From Felis catus (lineage: Eukaryota): DNA of 64,000 bases. This document shows positions 39,109-51,441 of this stretch, piece by piece. Position 1 is the stretch's first letter, and each line of letters begins with the position of its first letter. The stretch covers positions 72,728,001-72,792,000 of the forward strand of contig NC_058368.1 of NCBI RefSeq assembly GCF_018350175.1, written 5' to 3'. A program made the translations under genes and the position numbers. The notes under the pieces were generated by a model. The model was not told the origin of the DNA. It made no database searches and saw only the letters and a program-made list of their open reading frames with translations.

Positions 39109-39429
39109 CCTGACCGGCCTTGGGGTAGCTCTCTTAGCAAAAGCAAGTTCCCCTGAGTGAGGAGCGCTGGCTGGCTAGGAGAGTCTCTGATACTCTCCTC
39201 TCTTAAAAGCAGCTTTCCACCTTTTTTTTTTTTTTTTTTCAAGGTGGAAAGGAAATTAATCCTCACAGCTTCCACTAACATTAATAACACTCCTCGTAGC
39301 ATCAAGCCTTTCAGCTCTTTGATAACGAGAAATACTCTTTCTTTCCTGATGCTTTCCGCCCTGGCACAGCGTGGGGGACCGCAGGGTCCTCAGACTCAGG
39401 GCGTCTATGCAGACTGTGAATTTCACAAG

Positions 39430-39431
<2 letters not shown>

Positions 39432-39476
<45 letters not shown>
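39432..39476. repeat. (GT)22 microsatellite
   Basis: Read directly. Confidence 0.95.
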
Positions 39477-39477
<1 letters not shown>

Positions 39478-39859
39478 TTTCCTGTTTTAAGGGAGCTTGG
39501 TGTGGAGGCAACATTGGGATAATCAAGGTCCTTTAGCTTAATCCCTGTGTTTTTCTTTTACCTCCCCAAAACGCTGTTTAGTTGTTTACAGATCAAGGAG
39601 GTAAGGGAAAGAAAACGCAAGAGAGCCATCTGCTGTTTTAAGCTGTGATAAAAATGTGTGCAAAGCTAGGGTGAAAACCCTTTCTGGGAGGGTGAATACA
39701 AATTCATATCTTGCTCTAATTCAGGAAATGATTTCTCATTCATGAGAACCACCCCCCCCCCCCGAAGTTATTAATTTCACCTTTGACTTTGTAAAAACAA
39801 ACAAAAGTACCTTCTAGATAGAGTGGCTTCTGACCAGGCTGTCAGGAATCTAAACTCTG

Positions 39860-40092
39860 ATTTCACGGTCTTGGTTCATTTCCTAACTCTGCTACTTCCC
39901 GGCTGTATAATGACCTCTAGTATGTTGCCTTAGTCTCTCTCAGCCTCAGTTTCTTCATCTCGAAAATTGAAATGATAATAGAATCTCCTTTTAAACTCTT
40001 GTGAGCTCAAAGTTAGTAAATGAATGTAAAGATCCTAGTACAGTGTCTGACACTGTTAAGGTGCTCAAAAATGATAGCTCTTTTTATCATTA
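39860..40092 (+). mobile_element. MIR
   Basis: CTCTCAGCCTCAGTTTCTTCATCT..ACAGTGTCTGACAC..GTGCTCAAAAATGATAGCT. Confidence 0.75.
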
Positions 40093-40227
40093 TTATTTTC
40101 CAGATCACTCATTCCTATCTTGTAAATTATTTTCCAATTTCCATGCTTTTTTCAATATAAAATTATATGTATTTTCGATTGTATTTCTTCATGTCCTAAA
40201 TGGGTTCATAATAAGATTTAAAGTATT

Positions 40228-40323
40228 CAGTGTATGTATATATATATATATATATATACACACTGTATATATACATATATATACATACACTGTATACATA
40301 TATATATATATATACACACTGTG

Positions 40324-40369
<46 letters not shown>
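40228..40369. repeat. (TA)-rich quasi-palindromic repeat
   Basis: (TA)n blocks punctuated by CACTG. Confidence 0.9.
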
Positions 40370-40371
<2 letters not shown>

Positions 40372-40689
40372 TTTTGGAGAGAGAAGTGTGAGTTCAAATC
40401 TTAGTGTGTAATTGACTAAATTTGTGAGCTTGGCCCTATAAAGCCATTTCCCCACCCAATGAATACTGATAATAAAATCATTTCCTGTCCTCATAGAGAT
40501 TAATGTGTGGCTATGAGAACACAATTCCAAAGCTGTAAAGAATTATGAAGCAGTCATTCATGAGAAGGTAATTATTCAAATATCTTCCCTGTGATTGGAG
40601 GTTTCCTGAAGATCTCATGCTCCCTTTGACCTCTCTACATTGCATACATTGTTCCCTCTACCTAGAATATAATATGAAACAGTTGCTAA

Positions 40690-40890
40690 AATCACAGTTG
40701 GAATAAGGCAATCATAGGCTTGACTGTGTGTCCTTGAGCAACTCATTTAAGCCTCTCTAAGTGTCACTTCCCTCTTCTGTCATAATAACACAATAAGGTT
40801 ATTATGAGAATTCAATGGCAACATTATGTAAGACACTTAGAGTGTGCCTGTCACACAGGAAAGTCAACATATAGTAGCTATTGGTAATAA
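40690..40890 (+). mobile_element. MIR
   Basis: CTGTGTGTCCTTGAGCAACTCATTTAAGCCTCTCT..GTTATTATGAGAATTCAATG. Confidence 0.65.
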
Positions 40891-40929
40891 CTCTTCATCA
40901 CTCCCTTCTTCACTTTTTCCATCTTTAAT

Positions 40930-41830
40930 AAGAGGTCTCACAGGCATCTCATGCTTAATGAGGCCAAGATTAAACTCTTAGTCTTCCTTCTCAAACGTGT
41001 TCTTCTCCAATCTTCTCTATCTGTGGAATGACAACTCCATTCTTCTTGTTCCACAAGTCAAAAATGTTGGCATCATACCAATATATTTTCTTTCTTTCAT
41101 ATGCCATATGTAATTGCTCAGAAAAATGTACTCAGTCTATTTTCAAAATACATTCAAAATATCATCACTTCTCCTTTCCTACCACTGTCTCCACTACTAC
41201 CTACCACCATCATCTTTTGGATTATTATAAAAGCAACCTAATTGGTCTCCTAGGATCCACTTTTGCTCTTCTTTGATATGCCCTCAACACTGTGGCCAAA
41301 GTGTTGAAAATATAAGTAAGATTTTATCACATCGTTGTTCAAAATCTTACACCTCAACAGAAACCAAAGACCTCATGGTGCCTACAATATCCCATATGAT
41401 TTGTTTCCACATCTGCCTTCATTTGTTCTCTGACATAATTTCTTCTTCACTTTCTTCATTCACCAGTTCCTGTTCCTCACACCACCTGGCATGCTCCTGT
41501 CCTATAGCAGGACTTTTATACTTTTTCTTCCATCTGACTTTTTCAACCCCCTCAATTCTTTGCTCACATAGTATCTTTTCACATGAGCTCTTCTCTTACA
41601 AATCTATGTAAAATAACACGGTCCATCTCTTCCTTTCTCCATTTTATGGCTTACACAGCATTTATATCTTTTTAAAATTCTATATATTTCCTTGTTAATT
41701 TGGACTCTTTTGCTACTTTGAAATATATGAGGGGACATATTTTGTTTCTTTTGTCTACTGTCACATTATCTAGCGCCTAAAATGGTACCAGAGTAGGCAC
41801 TCAGTAAATATTTGTTTATTGAAAGAATTA
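40930..41830 (+). mobile_element. L2 3' region
   Basis: CT-rich decayed L2 ending GTAGGCACTCAGTAAATATTTGTT..GAAAGAAT. Confidence 0.75.
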
Positions 41831-42148
41831 AGGAGTTGGATACATAGATAGGTATTACCAAATAAGAGGAATAGGAATCATGCTTATCCTAGGCTGTCAG
41901 GGATGAATTACTCTGCGGTACTTGATCTCTTTAAGCACCAAGGTATCTAAAATTCTATCTGGATTACACATAATCTCAACACCATAAAAAGGATACACAG
42001 TGAGTACTTTAGCTTTTGCTTGATGACTTAGACTCAGTCTATGATGACATGTAGTTTGAATTCTGAATTCTAACAGGGATACCCTTGTGCTTTACTGAAA
42101 GATATGAGACTGATTCTACTTGAACTGGAGAGAACTGTTCTAGTGATC

Positions 42149-42641
42149 TTTTTTTTAATCCAGTATTATTAACATAGAGTGTTATATTATCTTTCAGGTG
42201 TACAATATAGTGATTTAACAATTCTGTAAATCACAGTAAGTATACTCTTCATCCCCTTCATCGATTTCACTTATCCTTCCACCCACCTCCTTTCTGGCAG
42301 CCACCATTTTGTTCCCTATGTTTAAGAGTCTGTTTTTTTGTGTGTCTTTCTTTTTTCTTTGTTTTTTTTTCTTAAATTCCACATATGAGTGAAATCATAT
42401 GGTATTTGTCTTTCTCTGACTGACTTATTTCAGTTGGCATATTACCCTCTAGATCCAGCTATGTTACCCCAAATGACAAACACACTAATTTGAAAAAATA
42501 TATGCACTCCTGTTTTTATTTCAGGATTATTTACAATAGCTAATATATGGAAGCAACCCAAGTGCCCATCCAGAGAGGAATAGATAAAGAAGATGTGGTA
42601 TATATACACAATGGAATATTACTCAGCCATAAATAAGAATG
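42149..42641 (-). mobile_element. 5'-inverted carnivore L1 3' end (body on minus ~42149-42480, inverted 5' piece ~42481-42641)
   Basis: T tail then antisense L1 3' UTR/ORF2 end, then the adjacent upstream L1 sequence in opposite orientation; TSD 14/16 at 42136-42151 and 42640-42655. Confidence 0.85.
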
Positions 42642-44948
42642 TGCTACTGATCTTTGTGACTCATCCTCCCATACCCAATTTTCTTCCTCACTTTCACATT
42701 GCCAGTTGACAATATGCACCTTTTCAAACATGATACATGTAATCCATTGTAAATTAGAAACATTTATGGATGTATTTATCAGAAGTATCTGTAAATATAA
42801 AAGTAAATGAATTTTAATGGAGGAAAGTATATAAACAAGAAAATAAACAAGAAAATTAGTCTTATTAATATTAATTTCATTAGCAATGGTGCTTTTTCCT
42901 CCTGACTTCCGAGTTTTTGCTAAGCTCTAGGTGACTTTGTTGCATAGGCTGTTTATGTTCCAATGGTTTACTTAAAAAATGGTACATAATTTTTGAGTTT
43001 GTTTCAACTTTAAATAAACAGAAAAGGCCAAAGAATATATTTTGTGACCTTGATATCTATATTAGATGCTATTTTTCACGAAGTAAAATTTTTGTTTTAC
43101 TTTTGTTTCTGCCATTGCTACAGCCACTGTTCCAACTTAACCAAATCCATCAAATCTGCAAAACCATTGATTTTAGGATGCATTATTATTTTAAATATGA
43201 CAATAAAAGACAAAGCTTTACTGAAATATACCATGCCATACATGATAAGATGTATACCAGTTTCAGAGATGTTTATACATATAGTGTATTTGCATTTTAT
43301 AATCAATGACGTATGGTATAATGGCACCATATAACTCTATAAATGAGAATTGTACTCTTATAACCCTGTTGTATTCCATATTTTGCTTAGACATCACACA
43401 TCTTCTGTTTAAAACAGACTGTGCTTCAGAGCACCTGTAGTCTAAAACATCTTTGGTTTTATTGCTGTTGTTCTTCTTGTAATTTCTTTTTTTCTCAGTG
43501 TGTCTGAATTGGAGGGATAGATAGGGTGGAAAAATATTCTCCAAATATTTCCTGTTTACTTATTTGATCATCTGTATACAGTGAGTGACACATTCCATTT
43601 TGTCATATGGTTTCCCTTGTGAGTCAATCACTTGTGGACATTTTAAATATCTCCTAAATTAAGGATTAAAATATGAGGACCCAACATTTTTTCACAAATA
43701 AATTATTGCAAAATAATTTGAGATGAGCTAAAGTGGAGTTAAAAAGGATATATTGGCATCTATGTTTTTATCCTTTTTTTTCTGGATAAATGGGTTCTAT
43801 TTGAAAATGTATAAGATAATTCTGATAATATAGTCAATACTGATGTCCCTCTTCCTTTTTTACTCATTTGGAAGAACATCAAAAAGTAATGTTAAGATGC
43901 ACTTGGGACACATTTCCAGCTAGTTAATTAAGATTGAATACCTACCCACTAATTAAAGTTCAAATTCAAAATCATATTTTTTTTCTGTGACAGTATTATT
44001 GACTTTTATTTTAGATTCAAAGAATAATCTAAGTGGTTATTAAAGTATCTTAAATTAATTTTCAAGAAATAACTGATTGCATTAATGTTAGAACAATCTT
44101 ACTGATGCATTTTGCTGGATACATTTATTTCTAGTAAGCAACAGATTTTCATCTTCTAAAAAAACCTGGAAGGAATTTTATTGTCACTTAATATTTTGAT
44201 TCAATAAAGAAAAAGTGAAAACTATTGGTACCAAAAACTTGTGAACATTCTTTCCTATAGAAGCAATACCAGATTGATACTAGCAGATGGTTTAACTTTA
44301 CAAATCTAGCGTATTTTTTTAAATCTGACTAATACATTGGAAAAATGTTCTCAGTGGCTTCCAGCCTTCTATATTAAATTAAACCCAAAATGTGCATAGC
44401 ATTCATTTCAGAGTTGTGAATATGGACATATCTTTCCTTACTCTAAATAAGTAGTGGGAGATGATAATAACACTAATTTTAGTAATATATCGGTTAGTTT
44501 TTTTAAAAGACAAATATCTTAAAAGAAAAAAATATGTCCAAAAAATTGATAAATAAACATGAATTTATAATCTCAGTGCAAAGATTCTGTGTGCACATAT
44601 ATATATAATCTTACCTATAGTTGACATGGTAAACAATATCTGTGCAATGATTCTTAGAATGGCCACTTTGACAGCAATTAATTGCTCTAGACTGATTTTG
44701 TTCTTTGTATTTAGTATATACAGGCTAAACACATACATAAGCATGTGTGTCTGCACACACATGTATACATGTACACACACATGCACACAAGCATGTGTTC
44801 AAAAACACATAACTCGATTCCTCACTCTGGCAAAAAGAATTATGAAGCAATTATTTTCCAAAGGAAAATGACTTGCAAACTCTAAGAATCAACTTCAAGA
44901 CTCTTAGAAAACTAGTTTCATTACGACGTTAAGAGTGGGCAATATCTC

Positions 44949-47408
44949 CAATATCCCTGATGAATATGGATGCAAAAATTCTCAATAAGATACTAGCAAA
45001 TCGAATTCAACGGCATATAAAAAGAATTATTCACCATGATCAAGTGGGATTCATTCCTGGGATGCAGGGCTGGTTCAACATTCGCAAATCAATCAACGTG
45101 ATACATCACATTAACAAAAAAAAAGAGAAGAACCATATGATCCTGTCAATCGATGCAGAAAAGGCCTTTGACAAAATCCAGCACCCTTTCTTAATAAAAA
45201 CCCTTGAGAAAGTCGGGATAGAAGGAACATACTTAAAGATCATAAAAGCCATTTATGAAAAGCCCACAGCTAACATCATCCTCAACGGGGAAAAACTGAG
45301 AGCTTTTTCCCTCAGATCAGGAACACGACAAGGATGCCCACTCTCACCGCTGCTGTTTAACATAGTGCTGGAAGTTCTAGCATCAGCAATCAGACAACAA
45401 AAGGAAATCAAAGGCATCAAAATTGGCAAAGACGAAGTCAAGCTTTCGCTTTTTGCAGATGACATGATATTATACATGGAAAATCCGATAGACTCCACCA
45501 AAAGTCTGCTAGAACTGATACATGAATTCAGCAAAGTTGCAGGATACAAAATCAATGTACAGAAATCAGTTGCATTCTTATACACTAACAATGAAGCAAC
45601 AGAAAGACAAATAAAGAAACTGATCCCATTCACAATTGCACCAAGAAGCATAAAATACCTAGGAATAAATCTAACCAAAGATGTAAAGGATCTGTATGCT
45701 GAAAACTATAGAAAGCTTATGAAGGAAATTGAAGAAGATTTAAAGAAATGGAAACACATTCCCTGCTCATGGATTGGAAAAATAAATATTGTCAAAATGT
45801 CAATACTACCCAAAGCTATCTACACATTCAATGCAATCCCAATCAAAATTGCACCAGCATTCTTCTTGAAACTAGAACAAGCAATCCTAAAATTCATATG
45901 GAACCACAAAAGGCCCCGAATAGCCAAAGGAATTTTGAAGAAGAAGACCAAAGCAGGAGGCATCACAATCCCAGACTTTAGCCTCTACTACAAAGCTGTC
46001 ATCATCAAGACAGCATGGTATTGGCACAAAAACAGACACATAGACCAATGGAATAGAATAGAAACCCCAGAACTAGACCCACAAACGTATGGCCAACTCA
46101 TCTTTGACAAAGCAGGAAAGAACATCCAATGGAAAAAAGACAGCCTCTTTAACAAATGGTGCTGGGAGAACTGGACAGCAACATGCAGAAGGTTGAAACC
46201 ACTTTCTCACACCATTCACAAAAATAAACTCCAAATGGATAAAGGACCTAAATGTGAGACAGGAAACCATCCAAACCTTAGAGGAGAAAGCAGGAAAAGA
46301 CCTCTCTGACCTCAGCCGTAGCAATCTCTTACTCGACACATCCCCAAAGGCAAGGGAATTAAAAGCAAAAGTGAATTACTGGGACCTTATGAAGATAAAA
46401 AGCTTCTGCACAGCAAAGGAAACAACGAACAAAACTAAAAGGCAACCAACGGAATGGGAAAAGATATTCGCAAATGACATATCGGACAAAGGGCTAGTAT
46501 CCAAAATCTATAAAGAGCTCACCAAACTCCACACCCGAAAAACAAATAACCCAGTGAAGAAATGGGCAGAAAACATGAATAGACACTTCTCTAAAGAAGA
46601 CATCCGGATGGCCAACAGGCACATGAAAAGATGTTCAACGTCGCTCCTTATCAGGGAAATACAAATCAAAACCACACTCAGGTATCACCTCACGCCAGTC
46701 AGAGTGGCCAAAATGAACAAATCAGGAGACTATAGATGCTGGAGAGGATGTGGAGAAACGGGAACCCTCTTGCACTGTTGGTGGGAATGCAAATTGGTGC
46801 AGCCGCTCTGGAAAGCAGTGTGGAGGTTCCTCAGAAAATTAAAAATAGACCTACCCTATGACCCAGCAATAGCACTGCTAGGAATTTATCCAAGGGATAC
46901 AGGAGTACTGATGCATAGGGCCACTTGTACCCCAATGTTCATAGCAGCACTCTCAACAATAGCCAAATTATGGAAAGAGCCTAAATGTCCATCCACTGAT
47001 GAATGGATAAAGAAATTGTGGTTTATATACACAATGGAATATTACGTGGCAATGAGAAAAAATGAAATATGGCCTTTTGTAGCAACGTGGATGGAACTGG
47101 AGAGTGTGATGCTAAGTGAAATAAGCCATACAGAGAAAGACAGATACCATATGGTTTCACTCTTATGTGGACCCTGAGAAATTAACAGGAACCCATGGGG
47201 GAGGGGAAGGAAAAAAAAAAAAAACAGGTTAGAGTGGGAGAGAGCCAAAGCATAAGAGACTCTTAAAAACTGAGAACAAACTGAGGGTTGATGGGGGGTG
47301 GGAGGGAGGAGAGGGTGGGTGATGGGTATTGAGGAGGGCACCTTTTGGGATGAGCACTGGGTGTTGTATGGAAACTAATTTGTCAATAAATTTCATATAA
47401 AAAAAAAA
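44949..47408 (+). mobile_element. Young 5'-truncated LINE-1 (L1_Fc-like), 2.46 kb
   Basis: ORF2 RT to C-terminus, G-rich 3' UTR, AATAAA and short A tail. Perfect TSD AAGAGTGGGCAATATCTC at 44931-44948 and 47407-47424; TT/AAGA endonuclease site. Confidence 0.97.
44960..47177 (+). pseudogene. L1 ORF2 remnant (reverse transcriptase + C-terminal domain; no endonuclease; one frameshift near 46199)
   Basis: Motifs [40 protein letters not shown] in ORF 44960..46309; C-terminus [18 protein letters not shown] continues in another frame (46254..47177). Confidence 0.95.
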
Positions 47409-47935
47409 GAGTGGGCAATATCTCTCTAAATTTACTTTGAATTATTTTCGACAATGGTTGAGTGGAAATTAAGGATATGTTTATAGATTTTAGTCATAAT
47501 CCTTTAAATGTAAATTAAGACTACATCTCTCTCAATTCTTAAAACACCGAAATAATATTTGCAGTATAGTCTGTGAAGAGCTTTACCATGTATTGAAGTA
47601 GGTATCCTGATCTCCATTTAGTAGAAGAGGAAGGTAAGCCCCTGACGTGTTAAATGAGTCCTGTGTTTATGCTGGTAGGAAGTGGAGGAGTCAGATCTTA
47701 AGCTCCTGCTTTTCCTACCACACTATGTCCACCCAGCACTCAGCTATTGACAGCGTAGGTCTCTGTCACAGCACCAAGTCTAGTAATGGGGACTCATATG
47801 GGATCTGAGGACTTTCAGCAGTTTCATGCATGGATTTTGTATTATCTGTGATTCCCCTGAATTTATACTAAAAGGAAAATGATGGTATGCAAGTGGACTT
47901 TATGCCCACTGGCTCACAGTGTTCATCCGATTCTT

Positions 47936-48146
47936 TTGTAAAAATATTTTTAATGTTTATTTATTTTTGAGAGAAAGAGAGGGGGGCGGGTAGGGGCAGA
48001 GATAGAGGGAGACACAGAATCTGAAGCAGGCTCCAGGCTCTGAGCTGTCAGCACAGAACCCGATGCAGGGCTCGAATCCACGAATGGCGAGATCATGACC
48101 TGAGCTGAAGTTGGACACTTAACCGACTGAGCCACCCAGGAGCCCC
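47936..48146 (-). mobile_element. Can-SINE (SINEC_Fc-like)
   Basis: Typical body; TSD CAGTGTTCATCC..TTCTT starting at 47917 and 48146. Confidence 0.93.
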
Positions 48147-48502
48147 AGTGTTCATCCAGTTCTTAAGGAGACCTCGTCTAAAGCAAGAATAAGAACCACA
48201 AGTGTAGAAGGAGGCAATAATAATAGTAATAATAATATAACAGAATGGGCACATAATACCCATTAATAGGTTTTCTGACTATAAAAGTTATACATGCTCA
48301 TTGAGAAATAATTGCAACATAAAAACAAATGATAAATAAAAACCAACTCTGATCCCAACATGAAAACTTTTAAGTGTATTTTTTTCTGTTTGTTTTTTTT
48401 TTAAATCATTACATGAAAATTTGCTACCTTATTTTTGGCACAGTTTAGTGACTGAGAAGACATAATTGAGTAAAAGCCAGTGTATCAAAGCATACATTTT
48501 AA

Positions 48503-48715
48503 CTTTTTAAAAAAATGTTTTTATTTTATTTTTGAGAGAGAGAGAGACAGAGCACAAGCAGGGGAGGGGCAGAGAGAGAGGAAGACACAGAATTCGAAGA
48601 AGGCTCCAGGCTCTGAGCTTTCAGCACAGAGCCTGAAGGGGCCCAAACATGAACTGTGAGATCATGACCTGAGCTGAAGTTTGCCACTTAATCGACTGAG
48701 CCACCCAGGCGCCCC
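48503..48715 (-). mobile_element. Can-SINE (SINEC_Fc-like)
   Basis: TSD TCAAAGCATACA(T/C)TTTAA at 48485-48502 and 48716-48733. Confidence 0.93.
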
Positions 48716-49112
48716 TCAAAGCATACACTTTAATCATATGACCTGGAAGTCCATCAGAAACTACCATACTCTAAACACCGGCAAAAACCTCTTACAACTC
48801 AGAAATCACTTTCTTCTAAGTTTTGCTGTATATGTTCTGAACTCTGGGACCAGTTCTCATCTTAGTGTTCAGAGTTTTAGAAAGTCTAGCTAAATATCTT
48901 AAGCCTTAGGTTTCTGGAAAAGTTTACATGAATCCTCTTCTGATCTTATAATCTACCTCCTAAGATGACACATGTGAAAATAATTTCCAAAGTACAATGC
49001 ACCTACACAATGTTATAAATCGATGCCATATTCTTGAGCCTCGTCCTATTTAGTATGTAAGAACTAAAAATTTAGATCCTTAAATTATTCCCTTGAATCT
49101 TCCTCAACAACC

Positions 49113-49567
49113 TATACGTTTCCTATTGTTTCCGTAACAAATTACCATAAAGTCAGTTACTCAAAACAACACACATTTATTCTTTCCCAGGTCTACAGTT
49201 AGGAAGTCTTTAATCAGTCTCATTGGGTTTAAGATGTCTACAGAACTGGTTCCTTATGGAAGCTCTGAGAAAAGAGTCTGACTGCTGGCTTTTTGTTTGT
49301 TTGTTTGTTTTCTAGAGGTGAACTTCATTCCACTGTTCACAGTCCTTCCTTGTTTCTGCTGTCACATCTCCTACTATTGATTCTGATCCCCCTGCCTCCC
49401 TCTCACGAAGATGACGTTGGGCCCACCCAGGTGATTTGGGATAATCTGTCTCAAAATCTTTAGTTTAACAACATTGCAAAGTCCCTTTTACTATATAAAT
49501 TAGCATAACCACCAGTTACATAAATTAGGACTTAGACACATTTGGGGGCTATTATTCAGTCTACAAA
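49113..49567 (-). mobile_element. MaLR solo LTR (MLT1-type)
   Basis: GTAACAAATTACCATAAA..AAAACAACACACATTTATT..TTGGGCCCACCCAGG..GCAAAGTCCCTTTT, the reverse complement of the same LTR type. Confidence 0.8.
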
Positions 49568-49697
49568 ACCTACCCTGTGTCTAAAGCACATGGAAACAGA
49601 GCCCTGCCTACCACTTGACAATCACCCACCCAGCCCCAGTACCACAGACAGGATAACTGCTCCAGAATGACAGATTTTAAATTACAGTCCTGTAAAG

Positions 49698-49913
49698 ACA
49701 TATATATATATACATATATACATATATATATTTCATATATATATACACATATATATTTCATATATATTCATATATATATATCATATATATTCATATATAT
49801 ATTCATATATATTTCATATATAGTCATATATATATATGAAATATATATATATATAAATGAATATATATATATTTCATATATATATATATGCCTATATATG
49901 AAATATATATACA
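49698..49913. repeat. Degenerate (TA)-rich repeat, ~215 nt
   Basis: Read directly. Confidence 0.9.
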
Positions 49914-51324
49914 CTTAATACCAACTGTTTGCTTGATTGAATCTCTGACTACCGTCTGCTTCTGTATCTCAGTTGCTTTATTCCCTGCTCAGGATGATGT
50001 CTTGTCATTGGCCACGCCTCTCTGATACCACCTGCTTACCTGAATTTCTTATGATTTTAATTATTGCATCTCTCAGGGGAAAAAAAAATGTTGTTGAAAC
50101 AGAGCCACTGTGCTCCCCTGTGGGTTATGAGGATGCATTTTCTGAGTCCCATATAAATCCATGAAAAATTTAATTTCTTGAGTTTAAATCATGCCTTTCA
50201 TGAGATTTAGGGCCATGGAATCGAGCTGAATAAAACTAAGGCCAGACATGTGATGCTCTGCAGGATGAGGTTTGGAGCCTAAGGCTATCACCAAATGAAG
50301 GAAATAGATTCTGAAAGCCTTTTTTTTTTTTCCCTATTCCATTTTCATTTTTATGTGGCTGTAGGGGTAATAGATAATTGCTGTTTCCTTGTAGAAATTT
50401 AGACTGGCTCCTTAGGTAAGAATTTGCTTTAACTGTAGATTTGACACTAACTACAAATGAAAGGTATCCTTCAAGTCAAAGATTTTTAAAGGAATCAAAT
50501 ATTTCCCTGAGCTTGATGTGGACAGGGAAAAAGGAATCTCAGAAAAAGAACTCAGGCAGAACACAATGGAGAATTTTGCATAAGCAAAGTTTTGGGCCCT
50601 GGTCTCTAAATTTCTCTCTGCCTGCTCCTTCATCCCTGTTGCCCTTTCTGTGAGTCTCTCTGAGCTTTGAAACTGGTTTCCAGAGATGAGGTGCACAATG
50701 GTTGCATGAAGTTTTTGGCTGTGCGTCAAAACCAGTAGATACACTGCTTTGCAGGTTTCATATTTTTATGCCTAATTGGCAACACCAAGACATATCAGCA
50801 AATGGATCTCTCCCCGATGGGCAGGGATGAACCGTTCAAACAATTATTTTTTCCCTGGATGCAGTCAGCTGGGCTAAGGAGAAGACAGCTCAGGCCACAC
50901 TCACAGGCCAGTGCTCATCCCTCCATAAAATAGGCTTAGAGATCCTCTCAAGAGATTTCGTTGTAGCAGGAAAAGTCACAGCTTAGTTCGTGCCAGACAT
51001 CTTGGACTATAGACAGGAGACAGCAATTTAACAATGTTTATACTACAAAATTTCCATTTTAGCCCTTGGTGCCTTACTGAAAGAGTCAGACAGATATTCA
51101 AATGCTGCTTTCTGCTTTTTAGGTATGCTTTGGCAGAAATAAACCAGGTATCCTCATTCTCTGACATTTGTTGTAGCTTCTGTTTCATGACTGTAAAGTG
51201 CCCCTTGACATGCCCCTTTGAAAGGGGCATTTGACCTTCCCTCAGTGAATTCATGCCCCCTGGTCATGGGGATAAAAGGTAGAGAATCTAGTGAAGGGTA
51301 CTGTGATAGCGTTGTCTGGAGACA

Positions 51325-51441
51325 GATGGTGGCTACACTTGTGGGCACAGCATAGCATTTAAACTTGTCAAATTACTGTGCTCTGCACTTGAAACTACCA
51401 TAACACTGTGTGTCAAATATACTTCAATAGGAAAAACAAAA
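51325..51441 (+). mobile_element. Short L1 3'-terminal fragment
   Basis: CACTTGAAACTACCATAACACTGTGTGTCAAATATACTTCAAT followed by an A-rich tail. Confidence 0.6.

Noticed and set aside
40001..40530. 136 and 113 aa ORFs rich in I/Y
   Set aside because: Translations of the (TA)n repeat.
45253..46339. Antisense and alternate-frame ORFs within the L1
   Set aside because: Shadows of ORF2 with no independent evidence.
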